Source: Giardia intestinalis
Lineage: Eukaryota
Assembly (NCBI GenBank): GCA_000002435.2
Contig: CM018792.1
Reading direction: 5' to 3' (one strand)
DNA: 64,000 nucleotides
How positions within the stretch are numbered: position 1 is the stretch's first letter; every line of letters starts with the position of its first letter. Positions 1 to 9,640 of the stretch are shown piece after piece. The notes below the pieces were generated by a model. The model was not told the DNA's origin. It was given only the letters and a program-made list of their open reading frames with translations, and ran no database searches. Position numbers and translations under genes: made by a program.

Positions 1-1523
1 CCAACCTTTTCGTTGGTGAGAGCACCCTTTGAAGCTATGCACTTAGGCTCATGCTGCTCGCCAGAAACGTAGTAGTGCTTGCCTCCCGGGGCACAGAAGT
101 GAAACCGAGTATACGCAGATTCTTCCAAGTCAAGATGGTATTGTGCTGGTGGGACACGCCATTCGGGTACAAACACAACAAACATGATTGGTCGCCGATT
201 CTCCGACTTGTCCAGTGTCCGGATTATATGCTTGGCTGTTCTGTCCATGCACTCCAGCGTATATGGTGGCCCGCACTCAAAAGACCCCTCGGCAATATCA
301 TAGTCGAAGAAGCTGCCTAGACTGCCAAAGAAAACATCTATCTCGGGAAATGCAGAGCAGAATTGGGAAAAGAAGCAGTTAAGTGGGGAAGCAAAGCACT
401 CCTGGCTAACCTCAAGGAAGCTCTTGAGGCGTCTGAAGATGTTCTCTGGCGCCGCAGCGTGGAAACTCGTCCCCTCAAACCTTTCCGTCCCAAAGAAGGT
501 GTGGTATCGACGCAGCAATATAAAGAGAAGCTTACTGAACATCTTCATTTCGGGATCAAAGCGTTTTCCTGACGTCCTTTTATATAGCTCTCGTAACTTA
601 TAAAAGTGGATACTGGACAGTTTAAACTTTAGATCTAAGCTATGCGATAGGTTATCGGGTAGTTTTACGACATACTTTGCCTCCACCGTGTGCTCTATTC
701 CCTCGGCCGTGAGAACTACCTCGAAGTCATCATCCGTAAATGCTGGCTTCTTTGTGCTGTACTCCATTGCCAAGTCAGCGAGCCGATTACAAATGCCATG
801 GACGTCTGACTTCAAGTATTTAGATACAAACGTTGTGGCCGATTCGCTAGCAGTCTTAAGCCGAGCTTCCAACACATGAATATGAAGAATTGCAGGGTCA
901 AAAGCAAGCAGGTCGCCTTCCAGTTGCTCAAGGTCCTTACGAGTTTGCTCATCCGTCTCCGCTTGCTTCTCGAAACGAGTCTTCATTCTGGTAAGAAACT
1001 GCATGGACACCTTTCTGTACTCTATTGCATCTGATTTGAGGCGCTGTGTGTCCGGATAAGATGGCTTAATACGCATGGGAATTGAGAGAAAAAGCTCGCG
1101 GGCAATGACATCGGGGTCGTCCTTGAGTCTCATCGGATACTTCAGAAGATTATTGCCTACCTCGCCTGCTATACTTTCTGATGGAGTGGCTAACATATCA
1201 AAAAGCCACCGATTAAGCGTTTCTTTTTGGGGATAGGTGAAAAGCTCCTTACGAACTTCCTCCTTGAACCATGTGCGCATATCCTTGACAAAAGAGGCCA
1301 GTAAAATCTCGCTTGCAAGGGAGGGGATAGGTACGCCCTCAGCCCCCTCCTCTATCTTCCTACGCACGTTCTCGAGCATGGGTGTTGTTTGGGCTGTAAT
1401 GTAGTCAGTTACTAGAAAAGAGAAATCGTAAGGTTGCTCTTCAACCTCTGGGGTGTTCTTTGGTTTGGATCGTCGCCTGTCAAAGCCGCCCCGCTGGTTA
1501 CCCCGGCCCCCTTTTGAGTTCAT
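1..1523 (-). CDS. PCIF1-like protein (PCIF1_WW / cap-adenosine-N6-methyltransferase-type domain), partial; C-terminus lies beyond window start
   Basis: Uninterrupted minus-strand frame from ATG at 1523..1521 (MNSKGGRGNQRGGFDRRRSK...) to position 1. It is absent from the ORF track only because it has no in-window stop. The C-terminal part reads ...QECFASPLNCFFSQFCSAFPEIDVFFGSLGSFFDYDIAEGSFECGPPYTLECM...IMFVVFVPEWRVPP. From memory this aligns with the PCIF1 catalytic core (human ...CFASPLNCYF...SFEANPPF...FIVFIPEWREPP). This is recall, not a database search. Confidence 0.55.
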   Translation of the reverse strand, partial: MNSKGGRGNQRGGFDRRRSKPKNTPEVEEQPYDFSFLVTDYITAQTTPMLENVRRKIEEGAEGVPIPSLASEILLASFVKDMRTWFKEEVRKELFTYPQKETLNRWLFDMLATPSESIAGEVGNNLLKYPMRLKDDPDVIARELFLSIPMRIKPSYPDTQRLKSDAIEYRKVSMQFLTRMKTRFEKQAETDEQTRKDLEQLEGDLLAFDPAILHIHVLEARLKTASESATTFVSKYLKSDVHGICNRLADLAMEYSTKKPAFTDDDFEVVLTAEGIEHTVEAKYVVKLPDNLSHSLDLKFKLSSIHFYKLRELYKRTSGKRFDPEMKMFSKLLFILLRRYHTFFGTERFEGTSFHAAAPENIFRRLKSFLEVSQECFASPLNCFFSQFCSAFPEIDVFFGSLGSFFDYDIAEGSFECGPPYTLECMDRTAKHIIRTLDKSENRRPIMFVVFVPEWRVPPAQYHLDLEESAYTRFHFCAPGGKHYYVSGEQHEPKCIASKGALTNEKV

Positions 1524-1610
1524 TTTATTTTATAAATGTTTACTTGCACCATCGATCGAACCCGGTAAAGGTCGTGGACGGACAGAATACAAATGGAGAT
1601 ATACAGGCTA

Positions 1611-2294
1611 TCAACGAAAGCGCTTCTGGCGCAGCTTATACATTTTATTGCCGTAGCTATCAAGGCCAATCTCGTCCTTATTACCATAAACAGGGCCCGT
1701 CTTGCAAGCAGAGCGCTGGGCTTCTCGACGAACTTGTTCTTGCTTGACCTTTTCTATCTTACCGGTTATCGAGGTTAAGTCCTGGTTCAAATTGTCGGTG
1801 GACGCCGAGCTAAGATCGTCTGGGTCTACTCTCGCGTTTCCATGGAGTCTACTCTTGGTGTTTACCTTAGTTTCCCGACGACTTATATCAATGCGTTTGT
1901 CGTCACAAAATACTATATGCTTGGTCTTACCCTTCCCGGGTATCCGCATGGCGATGTCTTCGTATTCCTTGCGCAGTTTACGTGCGGTGGCGTCTAGGAC
2001 GACGTCGGCGATGGCATCGTTGGGATCTTCCAGTGGCGAAGATGTGGGGATACTAACAAGCAAGCCTCCGTGCGTCCTTGCATTCTCCATCGCATGGTAG
2101 AACTCGTCTGGATTCTTCTGAGCTGCCTGCTGTGTTAGTGTCTTGATTAAGCGTTCTTTTGCATGGCTTTGCTCCGCCCTTACCTTATAATCTTTCTTGC
2201 GCTCTACATGTCCTTTCTTGGCTCTTGACGCAGGTGTTTGACGCTCCTTCTTTTCAATGCGCTTTATAAAGTTCCTCAGCTTCAATGACGTCAT
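1611..2294 (-). CDS. UTP11: U3 snoRNP / SSU processome protein UTP11
   Basis: ATG verified at 2294..2292. Basic 227-aa protein with KERQ..KKDYKVRAEQ....KNPDEFYHAMENARTHGGLLV and C-terminal YKLRQKRFR. These match the UTP11 signature (human REHRERSQ..KKKDYKLRADDY...KNPDEFYYKM...YKFQSRRKR). Confidence 0.8.
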   Translation of the reverse strand: MTSLKLRNFIKRIEKKERQTPASRAKKGHVERKKDYKVRAEQSHAKERLIKTLTQQAAQKNPDEFYHAMENARTHGGLLVSIPTSSPLEDPNDAIADVVLDATARKLRKEYEDIAMRIPGKGKTKHIVFCDDKRIDISRRETKVNTKSRLHGNARVDPDDLSSASTDNLNQDLTSITGKIEKVKQEQVRREAQRSACKTGPVYGNKDEIGLDSYGNKMYKLRQKRFR

Positions 2295-2415
2295 TGGGAC
2301 TTCACCTTAGGCTTCTGGAAAAGGACAAAAATATTAAAAACATTGTAAATGCAAGTTAACAAAATATCAAGCTATCAATTCTTAGAAGAATCATTGGCGT
2401 CCTGGATTGAATAAT

Positions 2416-5400
2416 TTACTTGGAGGAGGCTGACTTGCCGTGGACAATGCTATTGAGCCCGCAAACATAGAAGGGAGACGATCCTAATTCTTCAAATCGT
2501 TGTTGTGAGTGGAGATTGCCCATCTGCTCTTCAAGGATCTCTCTGATAATCTCCTCACACCCTGACTCTCGCTGTATAATAGAGAGAACCGCGTTGCCAA
2601 CCGTGAACACATCCTCTAAGGTCCATCCACCGACGACAACATTGAGTTCAGTTGCTGTTCTCTGCGCTGCGCTGACTGCGTGCTTTACCTTCATTACCAG
2701 CTCAATCAGTGCAAACCTATTCTGATTTGTAACGAGGCTATTACCCACTGAAGTCATCATCAAATTATAATCGTATGCTGTCGCTCCCAATAACGACTGG
2801 TACACCGTTGTGAGGATGCGAGTAGTTAGCCCATACGTGACACCATTAAAAATAAGACGGGGACATATGACCCCTCTATCTGCGCCGTACTTGTATCCAG
2901 TTGTCATCACAAAGCTCAGCGTTATATAGCCGCTATAATGATAGGCTGTCGCAATGGTGGATGCAAAGAGGCCCACCGTTGATCTGAAGATCTCTACCTC
3001 ACCGAGCGCAGGAGAAAGATAACATGCTGACATCAGCTTGCCCACGGGAAAATAGCTATAGCTGGGTACTTCAGCGTATGATCCTATCACCACATATTGT
3101 GCACTTGTACCAATGTATAATGCAAAAGTTATGTACCTTATTACATTCTCATTGACTGGAATGCACTGCAATACAGCCCCTGTAGTGGTATAAAGGTGGA
3201 TCAGGCACTTCTCATCTATCTTTTTGTATGGAAACGATATGGTAATCTCCCTGATAAGATCTGTATTGGTCTTAACTGCCTTGTACCCATCCTTGTCAAG
3301 CTCAGACATACCACACGCTAGCCCGCCCAGAGAGTCCCCCAGGATGTCACAGCCAGGCAAATAACACATTAAATCTGGCCTAATTATCACCGACGAATAT
3401 TTAAGAGAGGTCATCGCATGAACAGCGAGCTTGGTCCAAGTTGCTGGGCTCTGGATCTCTGTTGTGGAGAAGTTCTGTGTAGGAGCCACTCCAAAGCTCG
3501 CTACTCGCTCTGGACCGCGGCTGCGTGATCTATCGATGGATGAAGATGACAAAGAAATAAATTTCTGATCGCTCTTCAACCTTTCTTGAACATTAGTGTA
3601 CTGCAGGGCTTCGTGCGTTATGTGGCCATAAATCGGTATTCCAGTTAAATAAGACAGCTTTTCGTAGTTCTTATCAAATTGCTGATATGCGTAGGGCATG
3701 TAAAATACCAAGGAATCGGGTGACCCACCCGTTCTAGTTATTGCATCTAATATGGAGCGCTTAAAGGCTGCTCGAGTTCGACCAAACTGCAAGTCTAACA
3801 GAAGATTGGTATGCATTGTAAGCATACGGTGCTCTTTAAGTGCCTCAAGGAGCATTGGATCGTCCAAGATTGTTATCCGGTTGACGTCCAGCTTTGACAA
3901 GGGAATGGCATCTCGATAGAGCCTCTGCAGTGCCAGCTTAATTTCTGCGATGCCTGTGTATTCCCCATCACATAGGGCAAGGATGTGCAGGCGTGGATCT
4001 ACAAGCAAAGAAAAGTCAACAAAACTTAGGGAGTATAGGTCACGTCGTAGAAAGATACCGTTTTGAAATAGGTTATCAGAAGGAGGAGAACTTGAATGTC
4101 CGAGCAAAACCTTCTGACTGCATAGATTGCAAGGTCTGGTTGCAATCAGTATGCAGTACATATATGCATCTGGAGTGTATCCAATGCGAAAAGCCTTCTT
4201 CCAGAAATTTGCTTCAGATATCATCAGATCATGTACACATTGATTTTGGTTAATTGTCAGGTCTGACAAGCGCACTGCTAGCTTTTCGGTCGTAGCAGCT
4301 AAGTTATCGCTCAACGTAGCTTTGAGATTGAGCATCACCAGATGCATATTTGCATTGTTTTCTATCCGGAGTCTTTCCACCTTATCGAGGGCAAGACGCC
4401 TCCTGCCATATGTTTGAATAAGCAATGAGGCCCTCTTGCTTTTGCACACAAAAATAAAGTTCCTTCTTGCACAGAGCATTCTATAATATGCTTGAATTAT
4501 AGTGGCTGATGCAGCATCTCTATTATTTGTGGTGGCAGTCATCTGCAGGCTAAGTGGTGTTGCAGTAGTTGTAAGCACTAAGCTGAAATACGCCTCTTCA
4601 GAGAGAGCACTAAGATTGACAAATGGCTTGAAGTACACCGAAAGGGCTAATGAGATAACATTATTGCCGTTTATGTGACCACTGAATGAAGGAGTATACC
4701 TAAATAATCTCTGCAAGTTATCTACAATAAAACCTATATAACTAGAAATAAACGCGTACTGTACCATCATTGCTTGGTAAACATTTGTATTTGTTAGAAT
4801 CTTTCCGTCTACAACCGGAATACTAAAGTCATAGACAAACTCATGCGACAGCATATACGAGTACCTTCGCTTGTGTGCGGAGTTCTTGATGGTTATAGTT
4901 GCTTGTCCTAAGTGCTGCAGATTCTGGTATTCTGAGGGATACTTGAAAAGGGTGCTCAAGAGCGGTCTCTGGACACTCCTGAGTACTGGTTTTGCACCTT
5001 TCTCAAGTGCCTTTGTTTCCGCCACTGTTGTTGCTTCCACATTTGGTGATCTGTCTGTTCTATCTGAACTAGAGATATTGAACGTTATGGGCCCTTCTGT
5101 TTGACTCAAAGTAGAGGCATCTTCAAGCTTATGTGCCGTAGCTCCGCCGCTTATAAAAGAGATGTCATATTCGTCTGAGGCAGGCATGGCCTGGAGAGCT
5201 TGATCGAGAAGATCAAGATCAAATTTTATTGTACTAAAGTGTCTTGGAACGTCTTCGCGAATCCTGGGCTGGGTTGCACCCTGAATCTCTTCGCGCGTTC
5301 CCAAGACTCGCGCGATCAAAGTAGGTCTGACATCTCTTGGATGGCCGAAGAAGACAGGTCCAAGATCTGCATCCTTGGGCACGTCTCCACGAAGCATCAT

Positions 5401-5895
5401 CTCGTACATGCCATAATGATCTATGTCAGCCACGGTTATGTCCTTATAATCGTCGTTATCATTGCTGCGTAAACTCCGCGACCGGGGTGGGGAAAGTTTT
5501 TTCGCCAGGGTTTGAATGGGGGCCACTGAGCCACGAGCCCCGGGGGTCTGAGTGCCCCCAGGTGCTCCGAACAATCTCGCATCTGTGTCCATGTAGTTTT
5601 TGGTAAAGTTGGGCTTCTTTAGCAGCGGGAAGTTAGAGTGCAGGCGAGATCGTGGTTCATAAGGCTTGGGGGGAGGGTTTGGGGGTCGAGTGTCGATGAG
5701 TTCCTTGGTTTTCTTTGCAAGAGACAGCTTTGTTCCTGATTTGGACACGGGACGGGGCGGATATGGTGGATTCTGTAACTTTGGAGGGAGGACGGAGTGC
5801 ACTGGCGCGTCAATGACAACTTCATCCCTTAACGCCCCCGATCGATTCTGTGCAAGCATGTCCAGAAGGGCATGAATCCGGTCTGTTGTGGACAT
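2416..5895 (-). CDS. large hypothetical protein (1159 aa), Pro-rich N-terminus
   Basis: Long uninterrupted ORF with verified ATG (5895..5893, MSTTDRIHALL). No domain recognised by eye. Confidence 0.65.
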   Translation of the reverse strand: MSTTDRIHALLDMLAQNRSGALRDEVVIDAPVHSVLPPKLQNPPYPPRPVSKSGTKLSLAKKTKELIDTRPPNPPPKPYEPRSRLHSNFPLLKKPNFTKNYMDTDARLFGAPGGTQTPGARGSVAPIQTLAKKLSPPRSRSLRSNDNDDYKDITVADIDHYGMYEMMLRGDVPKDADLGPVFFGHPRDVRPTLIARVLGTREEIQGATQPRIREDVPRHFSTIKFDLDLLDQALQAMPASDEYDISFISGGATAHKLEDASTLSQTEGPITFNISSSDRTDRSPNVEATTVAETKALEKGAKPVLRSVQRPLLSTLFKYPSEYQNLQHLGQATITIKNSAHKRRYSYMLSHEFVYDFSIPVVDGKILTNTNVYQAMMVQYAFISSYIGFIVDNLQRLFRYTPSFSGHINGNNVISLALSVYFKPFVNLSALSEEAYFSLVLTTTATPLSLQMTATTNNRDAASATIIQAYYRMLCARRNFIFVCKSKRASLLIQTYGRRRLALDKVERLRIENNANMHLVMLNLKATLSDNLAATTEKLAVRLSDLTINQNQCVHDLMISEANFWKKAFRIGYTPDAYMYCILIATRPCNLCSQKVLLGHSSSPPSDNLFQNGIFLRRDLYSLSFVDFSLLVDPRLHILALCDGEYTGIAEIKLALQRLYRDAIPLSKLDVNRITILDDPMLLEALKEHRMLTMHTNLLLDLQFGRTRAAFKRSILDAITRTGGSPDSLVFYMPYAYQQFDKNYEKLSYLTGIPIYGHITHEALQYTNVQERLKSDQKFISLSSSSIDRSRSRGPERVASFGVAPTQNFSTTEIQSPATWTKLAVHAMTSLKYSSVIIRPDLMCYLPGCDILGDSLGGLACGMSELDKDGYKAVKTNTDLIREITISFPYKKIDEKCLIHLYTTTGAVLQCIPVNENVIRYITFALYIGTSAQYVVIGSYAEVPSYSYFPVGKLMSACYLSPALGEVEIFRSTVGLFASTIATAYHYSGYITLSFVMTTGYKYGADRGVICPRLIFNGVTYGLTTRILTTVYQSLLGATAYDYNLMMTSVGNSLVTNQNRFALIELVMKVKHAVSAAQRTATELNVVVGGWTLEDVFTVGNAVLSIIQRESGCEEIIREILEEQMGNLHSQQRFEELGSSPFYVCGLNSIVHGKSASSK

Positions 5896-6063
5896 TCTTT
5901 TTTGGTCATGCCAATGTCAATTTGAAGTAAACTCAACGCGCTCTGGTCACTGCCCTCTCAGCTCACTGCTTAGCTGACACCACACAGACCTTTGAGGCGC
6001 CAAGGCGTGGTGCATATTTTGCTACAATCACGCTCCCATCGGTCTCCTTTACATCGTCCAAAA

Positions 6064-6510
6064 ATGAACATTGAAAGGACGTGCATGAGATTAGAAGATT
6101 TACACGCTAAGCTGTTGCGGCACAAGCGTAAGGAAGTAGAGACCATGGTTAAACTTGGAATACTGGCGTCAAGCGTCAAAAATAGTGAGTATGAATCGAA
6201 TCCCACTTTGCTGTTTCAGTCTGAGTTAAGAAGCTCGAGCACGCTGCACCAGTCCCATGGGACCCGGGACCTAGAGAAGCCTGCGCAGCGGAGAAGGTAC
6301 GTGGCCGTCCTTGACACAAGCAACGCTTTCCACGTAATAAACATAATTGCACCGAAAGGTTGTGAAAACGTTGATCCAGAGCTTCGCAGCTTTTCACGAG
6401 TGGACATGGATCATCACATCCATAAGAACAAGCCAGTGAGGGACGGAAGAAAAGGGAAGAAGGACCGCTACAGCTCCGGCGCTGCTATGACCCACAGCGC
6501 GTTTATATAG
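6064..6510 (+). CDS. hypothetical protein (148 aa from first ATG; track start at 5992 is TTG)
   Basis: ORF 5992..6510. First ATG at 6064 (MNIERT...). Overlaps the 3' end of the minus gene 6468..6878 by about 43 nt. No recognisable domain. Confidence 0.3.
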   Translation: MNIERTCMRLEDLHAKLLRHKRKEVETMVKLGILASSVKNSEYESNPTLLFQSELRSSSTLHQSHGTRDLEKPAQRRRYVAVLDTSNAFHVINIIAPKGCENVDPELRSFSRVDMDHHIHKNKPVRDGRKGKKDRYSSGAAMTHSAFI

Positions 6511-6878
6511 GATATCTTTGGGTCGCCGTCGTACCGTAGCTTTACAACAACAGAGCTAGGAATATTGGTACTCGGATACGCCTGGAGCACAGTCGCCGGA
6601 TAGAGAATAGATGTCCAGTTTTGCGTGTTTGTCTCGTACCATACGGCTAATACCCTGTCCCCTGCTTTGTACTCAGCCCCCCTCTGTGGGAACTTGACGA
6701 CGTGCTTGGAGCTGACTCTGTAGGATTCTCTCTTCATGTTTGGCTGTTCTTCTACAATGTCCTCTACCACACACATGCCATCTGTAGTCTCAACTTCTAT
6801 TAGGTTAGCAAGGATCCAGCACATCTCGTCATCATAGGGGACTTTCACGTATGCCACGACTGATTGGCCCTTCTGCAT
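6468..6878 (-). CDS. SGF29-like tandem Tudor domain protein
   Basis: ATG verified (6878..6876). The segment WILANLIEVETTDGMCVVEDIVEE...RESYRVSSKHVVKFPQ, followed by a second barrel (YKAGDRVLAVWYETNTQNWTSILYP), resembles the SGF29 C-terminal double Tudor (human WILAEVVSY...KYEVDDIDEEGKERHTLSRRRVIPLP). Recall-based. Confidence 0.55.
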   Translation of the reverse strand: MQKGQSVVAYVKVPYDDEMCWILANLIEVETTDGMCVVEDIVEEQPNMKRESYRVSSKHVVKFPQRGAEYKAGDRVLAVWYETNTQNWTSILYPATVLQAYPSTNIPSSVVVKLRYDGDPKISYINALWVIAAPEL

Positions 6879-6944
6879 AATCCTCTTCTCGCTTTTTTAT
6901 CTGATTTTTATTTTTGTCCTGGGCTGAACTCCTCCTCCGTGAAG

Positions 6945-7634
6945 ATGTCATTTATCACGGAACAGAGTGCCATTCTCCGCTTAGCCGTGCTACCGCACGG
7001 TCTTTCTGACATGATAAAAGCATCAAAGGCGCATTTAAATCAATATCTTTTTAATCTGCTACCAACGACTCAGTCCCTCTTATTGGGTTATAAGGACATC
7101 GAACTTATAGGAGAAACAGCAGCACTAACGTACCATTCGTCTCATGTTCACTTTACAGCGCGGTGCACGCTCTTGCTCTTCAGGCCGGAACCAGAGAGCC
7201 TTATACATGCAACGATAAAGCATACGTGGCCTCGCTTTATCTACCTTCTCTTTCGCGGCTCACTACCCGTTTATGTTTCCGATCCAGGTGTGAGGTACAT
7301 CTATAAACAGGGTGTCTATTGTGATAAGGACACCGGAGAGCAGCTTACAACGGACATGGTGCTTCAGGTGCGCGTGAAATCTTTCGGGGTGCGGAAGGGA
7401 TCATACGCGATCACTTGTTCAATGGATGACCCGGAGTATCGCATTGTAAGCAAGCCAGAGCCTGTTGCCACAGAAGCAGAGACCAGTATCTACGATGGAG
7501 TGGACAGCGTGTCTACAGTCTGTCAAGACCCAGGTGGGCCATACTACGATGCAGACGAGTATGAGGCGATAGGTGATGAAAAGAAGGAAATCGACGCAGA
7601 CTTCTATCAGGACCCTATCAGTGACCAGGTTTAG
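6945..7634 (+). CDS. RNA polymerase Rpb7-family subunit (RPA43/RPC25/Rpb7-like) with acidic C-terminal tail
   Basis: Track ORF 6864..7634 starts with TTG. First ATG at 6945 gives MSFITEQSAILRLAVLP..., the typical MF..(I/L)..L.P N-terminus of Rpb7-like subunits. ...HFTARCTLLLFRPEPESLIHATI resembles the FRPFKGE-type strand. The C-terminus is acidic (DADEYEAIGDEKKEIDADFYQD), as in A43. Confidence 0.5.
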   Translation: MSFITEQSAILRLAVLPHGLSDMIKASKAHLNQYLFNLLPTTQSLLLGYKDIELIGETAALTYHSSHVHFTARCTLLLFRPEPESLIHATIKHTWPRFIYLLFRGSLPVYVSDPGVRYIYKQGVYCDKDTGEQLTTDMVLQVRVKSFGVRKGSYAITCSMDDPEYRIVSKPEPVATEAETSIYDGVDSVSTVCQDPGGPYYDADEYEAIGDEKKEIDADFYQDPISDQV

Positions 7635-8650
7635 ATTCTGGACGAGTAACCCCTGCATGCCTGGAGCCATCTCACCACATCCCGGAGAGTATCTCGTGCT
7701 GGGCGGTGGGTGTGATCAAGATCTGTTTCAGCATGTTTGCTGTCTCCGAACCAATACATGCATGCATATTCTGTCAGTTCTTGTGGGTAGTTTGTCAAAT
7801 GGAGGATTCTTCCAATGTAAACTAAGGGTTTTATCAGCGCCCTAGGAAGCTGTATGGACAATGTTCCTGTCCCGCATAGCTTGGAGGTTTCCCTTGCTAA
7901 TTCTGCGATTGTGATGTCCTCACCTCCAACATAATATATATGTCCGTGTGCCCCTGCTGATATGGCATTTGCAATAGTGCGTGCTGCGTCGTCCCGGTGC
8001 AGAATTGAGAGCCCACCAGGGGTGATGAAACTAAGGCGTCTATGAATGTACTCCATGACATTTCCCGCTGTCACCAGACGATCATCGTTCGGGCCGTATG
8101 TCTCTGCCAGACGTAGAATGACAAGTCTGCGCACGATATCCGGGGATTGCTTTAATAGAAAGGCTTCAGTATCACGCTTAGCAGAAGCGTAGTTCAGGAG
8201 CACGGGCACAGGCTTTTCAGACAGTGTTCTTCTCGCTGGGCCTGCTGCAGCGGATGAAATGTAGATGAAGTTGACTTGCTTGGCAGTGCGGGCCAGTGCA
8301 GAGATCAGCGTTTTAGTATATGCAAAGCTACTATCGTATGCATTAACACGAGCAAGGTCGCTCCATGCTGAGACTGCTGCTAAGTGGACCACCGTGTCAA
8401 ATTGTAAGTTTCTGATTGCCTGCTCTACAGTCACGGGGTCATCAAAGTTGCACTCACAAAGGTTGTGTTTGACCTGACTAGAAGAAAAGAGTTTGAGGAG
8501 GCCTTTTGTATCACTGGTTTTGCGATGCGTACAGATTAAAGAGGCGCCGCGCTTAATTAACTCTGAGGCCAGAGCCAGGCCGATGAAGCCTGTTGCCCCT
8601 GTAAGCAAAATGGTGCTGCTGTTAGTGAGTGCCCATCCCTCACAAGACAT
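7631..8650 (-). CDS. NAD(P)-dependent epimerase/dehydratase-family (Rossmann-fold) protein
   Basis: ATG verified (8650..8648). N-terminal LLTGATGFIGLALASELIKRGASLICTHR is a GxxGxxG dinucleotide-binding motif of the extended SDR / epimerase family. 339 aa. Confidence 0.7.
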   Translation of the reverse strand: MSCEGWALTNSSTILLTGATGFIGLALASELIKRGASLICTHRKTSDTKGLLKLFSSSQVKHNLCECNFDDPVTVEQAIRNLQFDTVVHLAAVSAWSDLARVNAYDSSFAYTKTLISALARTAKQVNFIYISSAAAGPARRTLSEKPVPVLLNYASAKRDTEAFLLKQSPDIVRRLVILRLAETYGPNDDRLVTAGNVMEYIHRRLSFITPGGLSILHRDDAARTIANAISAGAHGHIYYVGGEDITIAELARETSKLCGTGTLSIQLPRALIKPLVYIGRILHLTNYPQELTEYACMYWFGDSKHAETDLDHTHRPARDTLRDVVRWLQACRGYSSRI

Positions 8651-8652
8651 GT

Positions 8653-9585
8653 ATGCCCGGCACAGCAGAGACTATAAAAAATCTCATGCTTTTCTTCAGA
8701 GATGGATGCTGTACCACTGTAGAAGGGACTACTGCAGACGTCCTAACTACTGCGCCCCGGGGTGCATACACCCGCTTTTGTACCGTCCATCGAGACCGGA
8801 TCCTGTATCTGGCCGAGCATGTTACACGACTCCGCAAGTCCCTTTTGGGTATGTTAGATGATCGCTATGTGGAACTGTATCATCTCTCCATACCCAACAT
8901 GAGTAAGCACAGACAAGAGGCGGAGGACAAATTCACTGAGGCTTTTTTGGCTGAGTATATGATAAAGGCTGCTGACTGTATGTTGAAGCAGATTCCGACC
9001 GGTGACATACGTGTAGATGTGCACCTATCTGCATACGAACCTGGATTCCCCATGTTTGCGCTGGGCACTCCCGTTCCTAATCAAGATGAGACCAAAGACA
9101 CAGTTATTCTGGAGAGAGGAGAGCGAAGAACACCTACCATAAAGGATACACAGTGGATTAAGGAGCGCAAACCACTGGAAAGCTTTCTCGGAGACACCGT
9201 GGAAGAAGTTGTTCTAATGGATGATGAAGGCTATCTTTATGAAGGAATATCATCTAACTTCTTCGTGTTGTTGCGGAGGGACGACGGAGCACTAGTCCTT
9301 CAGACGGCAGAAGACGAGTATGTTCTTCGGGGCACAATTCGATCTATGGTCTTATCCACTGCCAAGGACCTGAATGTTTTGGTCGAGATGTCTCGTCCCA
9401 GAATAGCAGACATAAACAAGTGGATAGGGGTCTTCATCACTAGTACTACGCGTAGAGTGAAGCCTATTTCTCGCGTCTTCCTCGACGGAACCACTTACGA
9501 CTTTTCTACAGACGAGCCTTCCCGTTTTAAAGATGCAATAAGACAATCCGAACTTAGTCATGGATCTCTGATAGCAACTGAATAG
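8653..9585 (+). CDS. PLP fold-type IV (class IV aminotransferase / aminodeoxychorismate lyase-like) protein
   Basis: Track start 8629 is GTG. First ATG at 8653 (MPGTAE...). Contains LYEGISSNFFVLLR matching the E-x-x-x-x-N-x-F motif of class IV aminotransferases (BCAT/DAAT/PabC), followed by LRGTIRSMVL (GITR-like). I could not find a catalytic-lysine K..NY motif by eye. Confidence 0.5.
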   Translation: MPGTAETIKNLMLFFRDGCCTTVEGTTADVLTTAPRGAYTRFCTVHRDRILYLAEHVTRLRKSLLGMLDDRYVELYHLSIPNMSKHRQEAEDKFTEAFLAEYMIKAADCMLKQIPTGDIRVDVHLSAYEPGFPMFALGTPVPNQDETKDTVILERGERRTPTIKDTQWIKERKPLESFLGDTVEEVVLMDDEGYLYEGISSNFFVLLRRDDGALVLQTAEDEYVLRGTIRSMVLSTAKDLNVLVEMSRPRIADINKWIGVFITSTTRRVKPISRVFLDGTTYDFSTDEPSRFKDAIRQSELSHGSLIATE

Positions 9586-9640
9586 ACCTAACCGTGTGGC
9601 TTTTACTTCTACGACGAAGTCCAGGCCAAAATCGCTGAAT

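Noticed and set aside
5971-5984. CTGACACCACACAG resembling a Giardia intron 3' end upstream of ORF 5992..6510
   Set aside because: No GTATGT (or CTATGT) donor within 250 nt upstream on that strand. Spacing between the putative branch A and AG is longer than the consensus. The adjacent ORF has its own ATG at 6064.
8493-8861. ORFs 8493..8861 (+) and 8640..8837 (-) around the divergent epimerase / fold-IV gene starts
   Set aside because: They overlap two well-supported genes in other frames and encode no recognisable sequence; chance ORFs.
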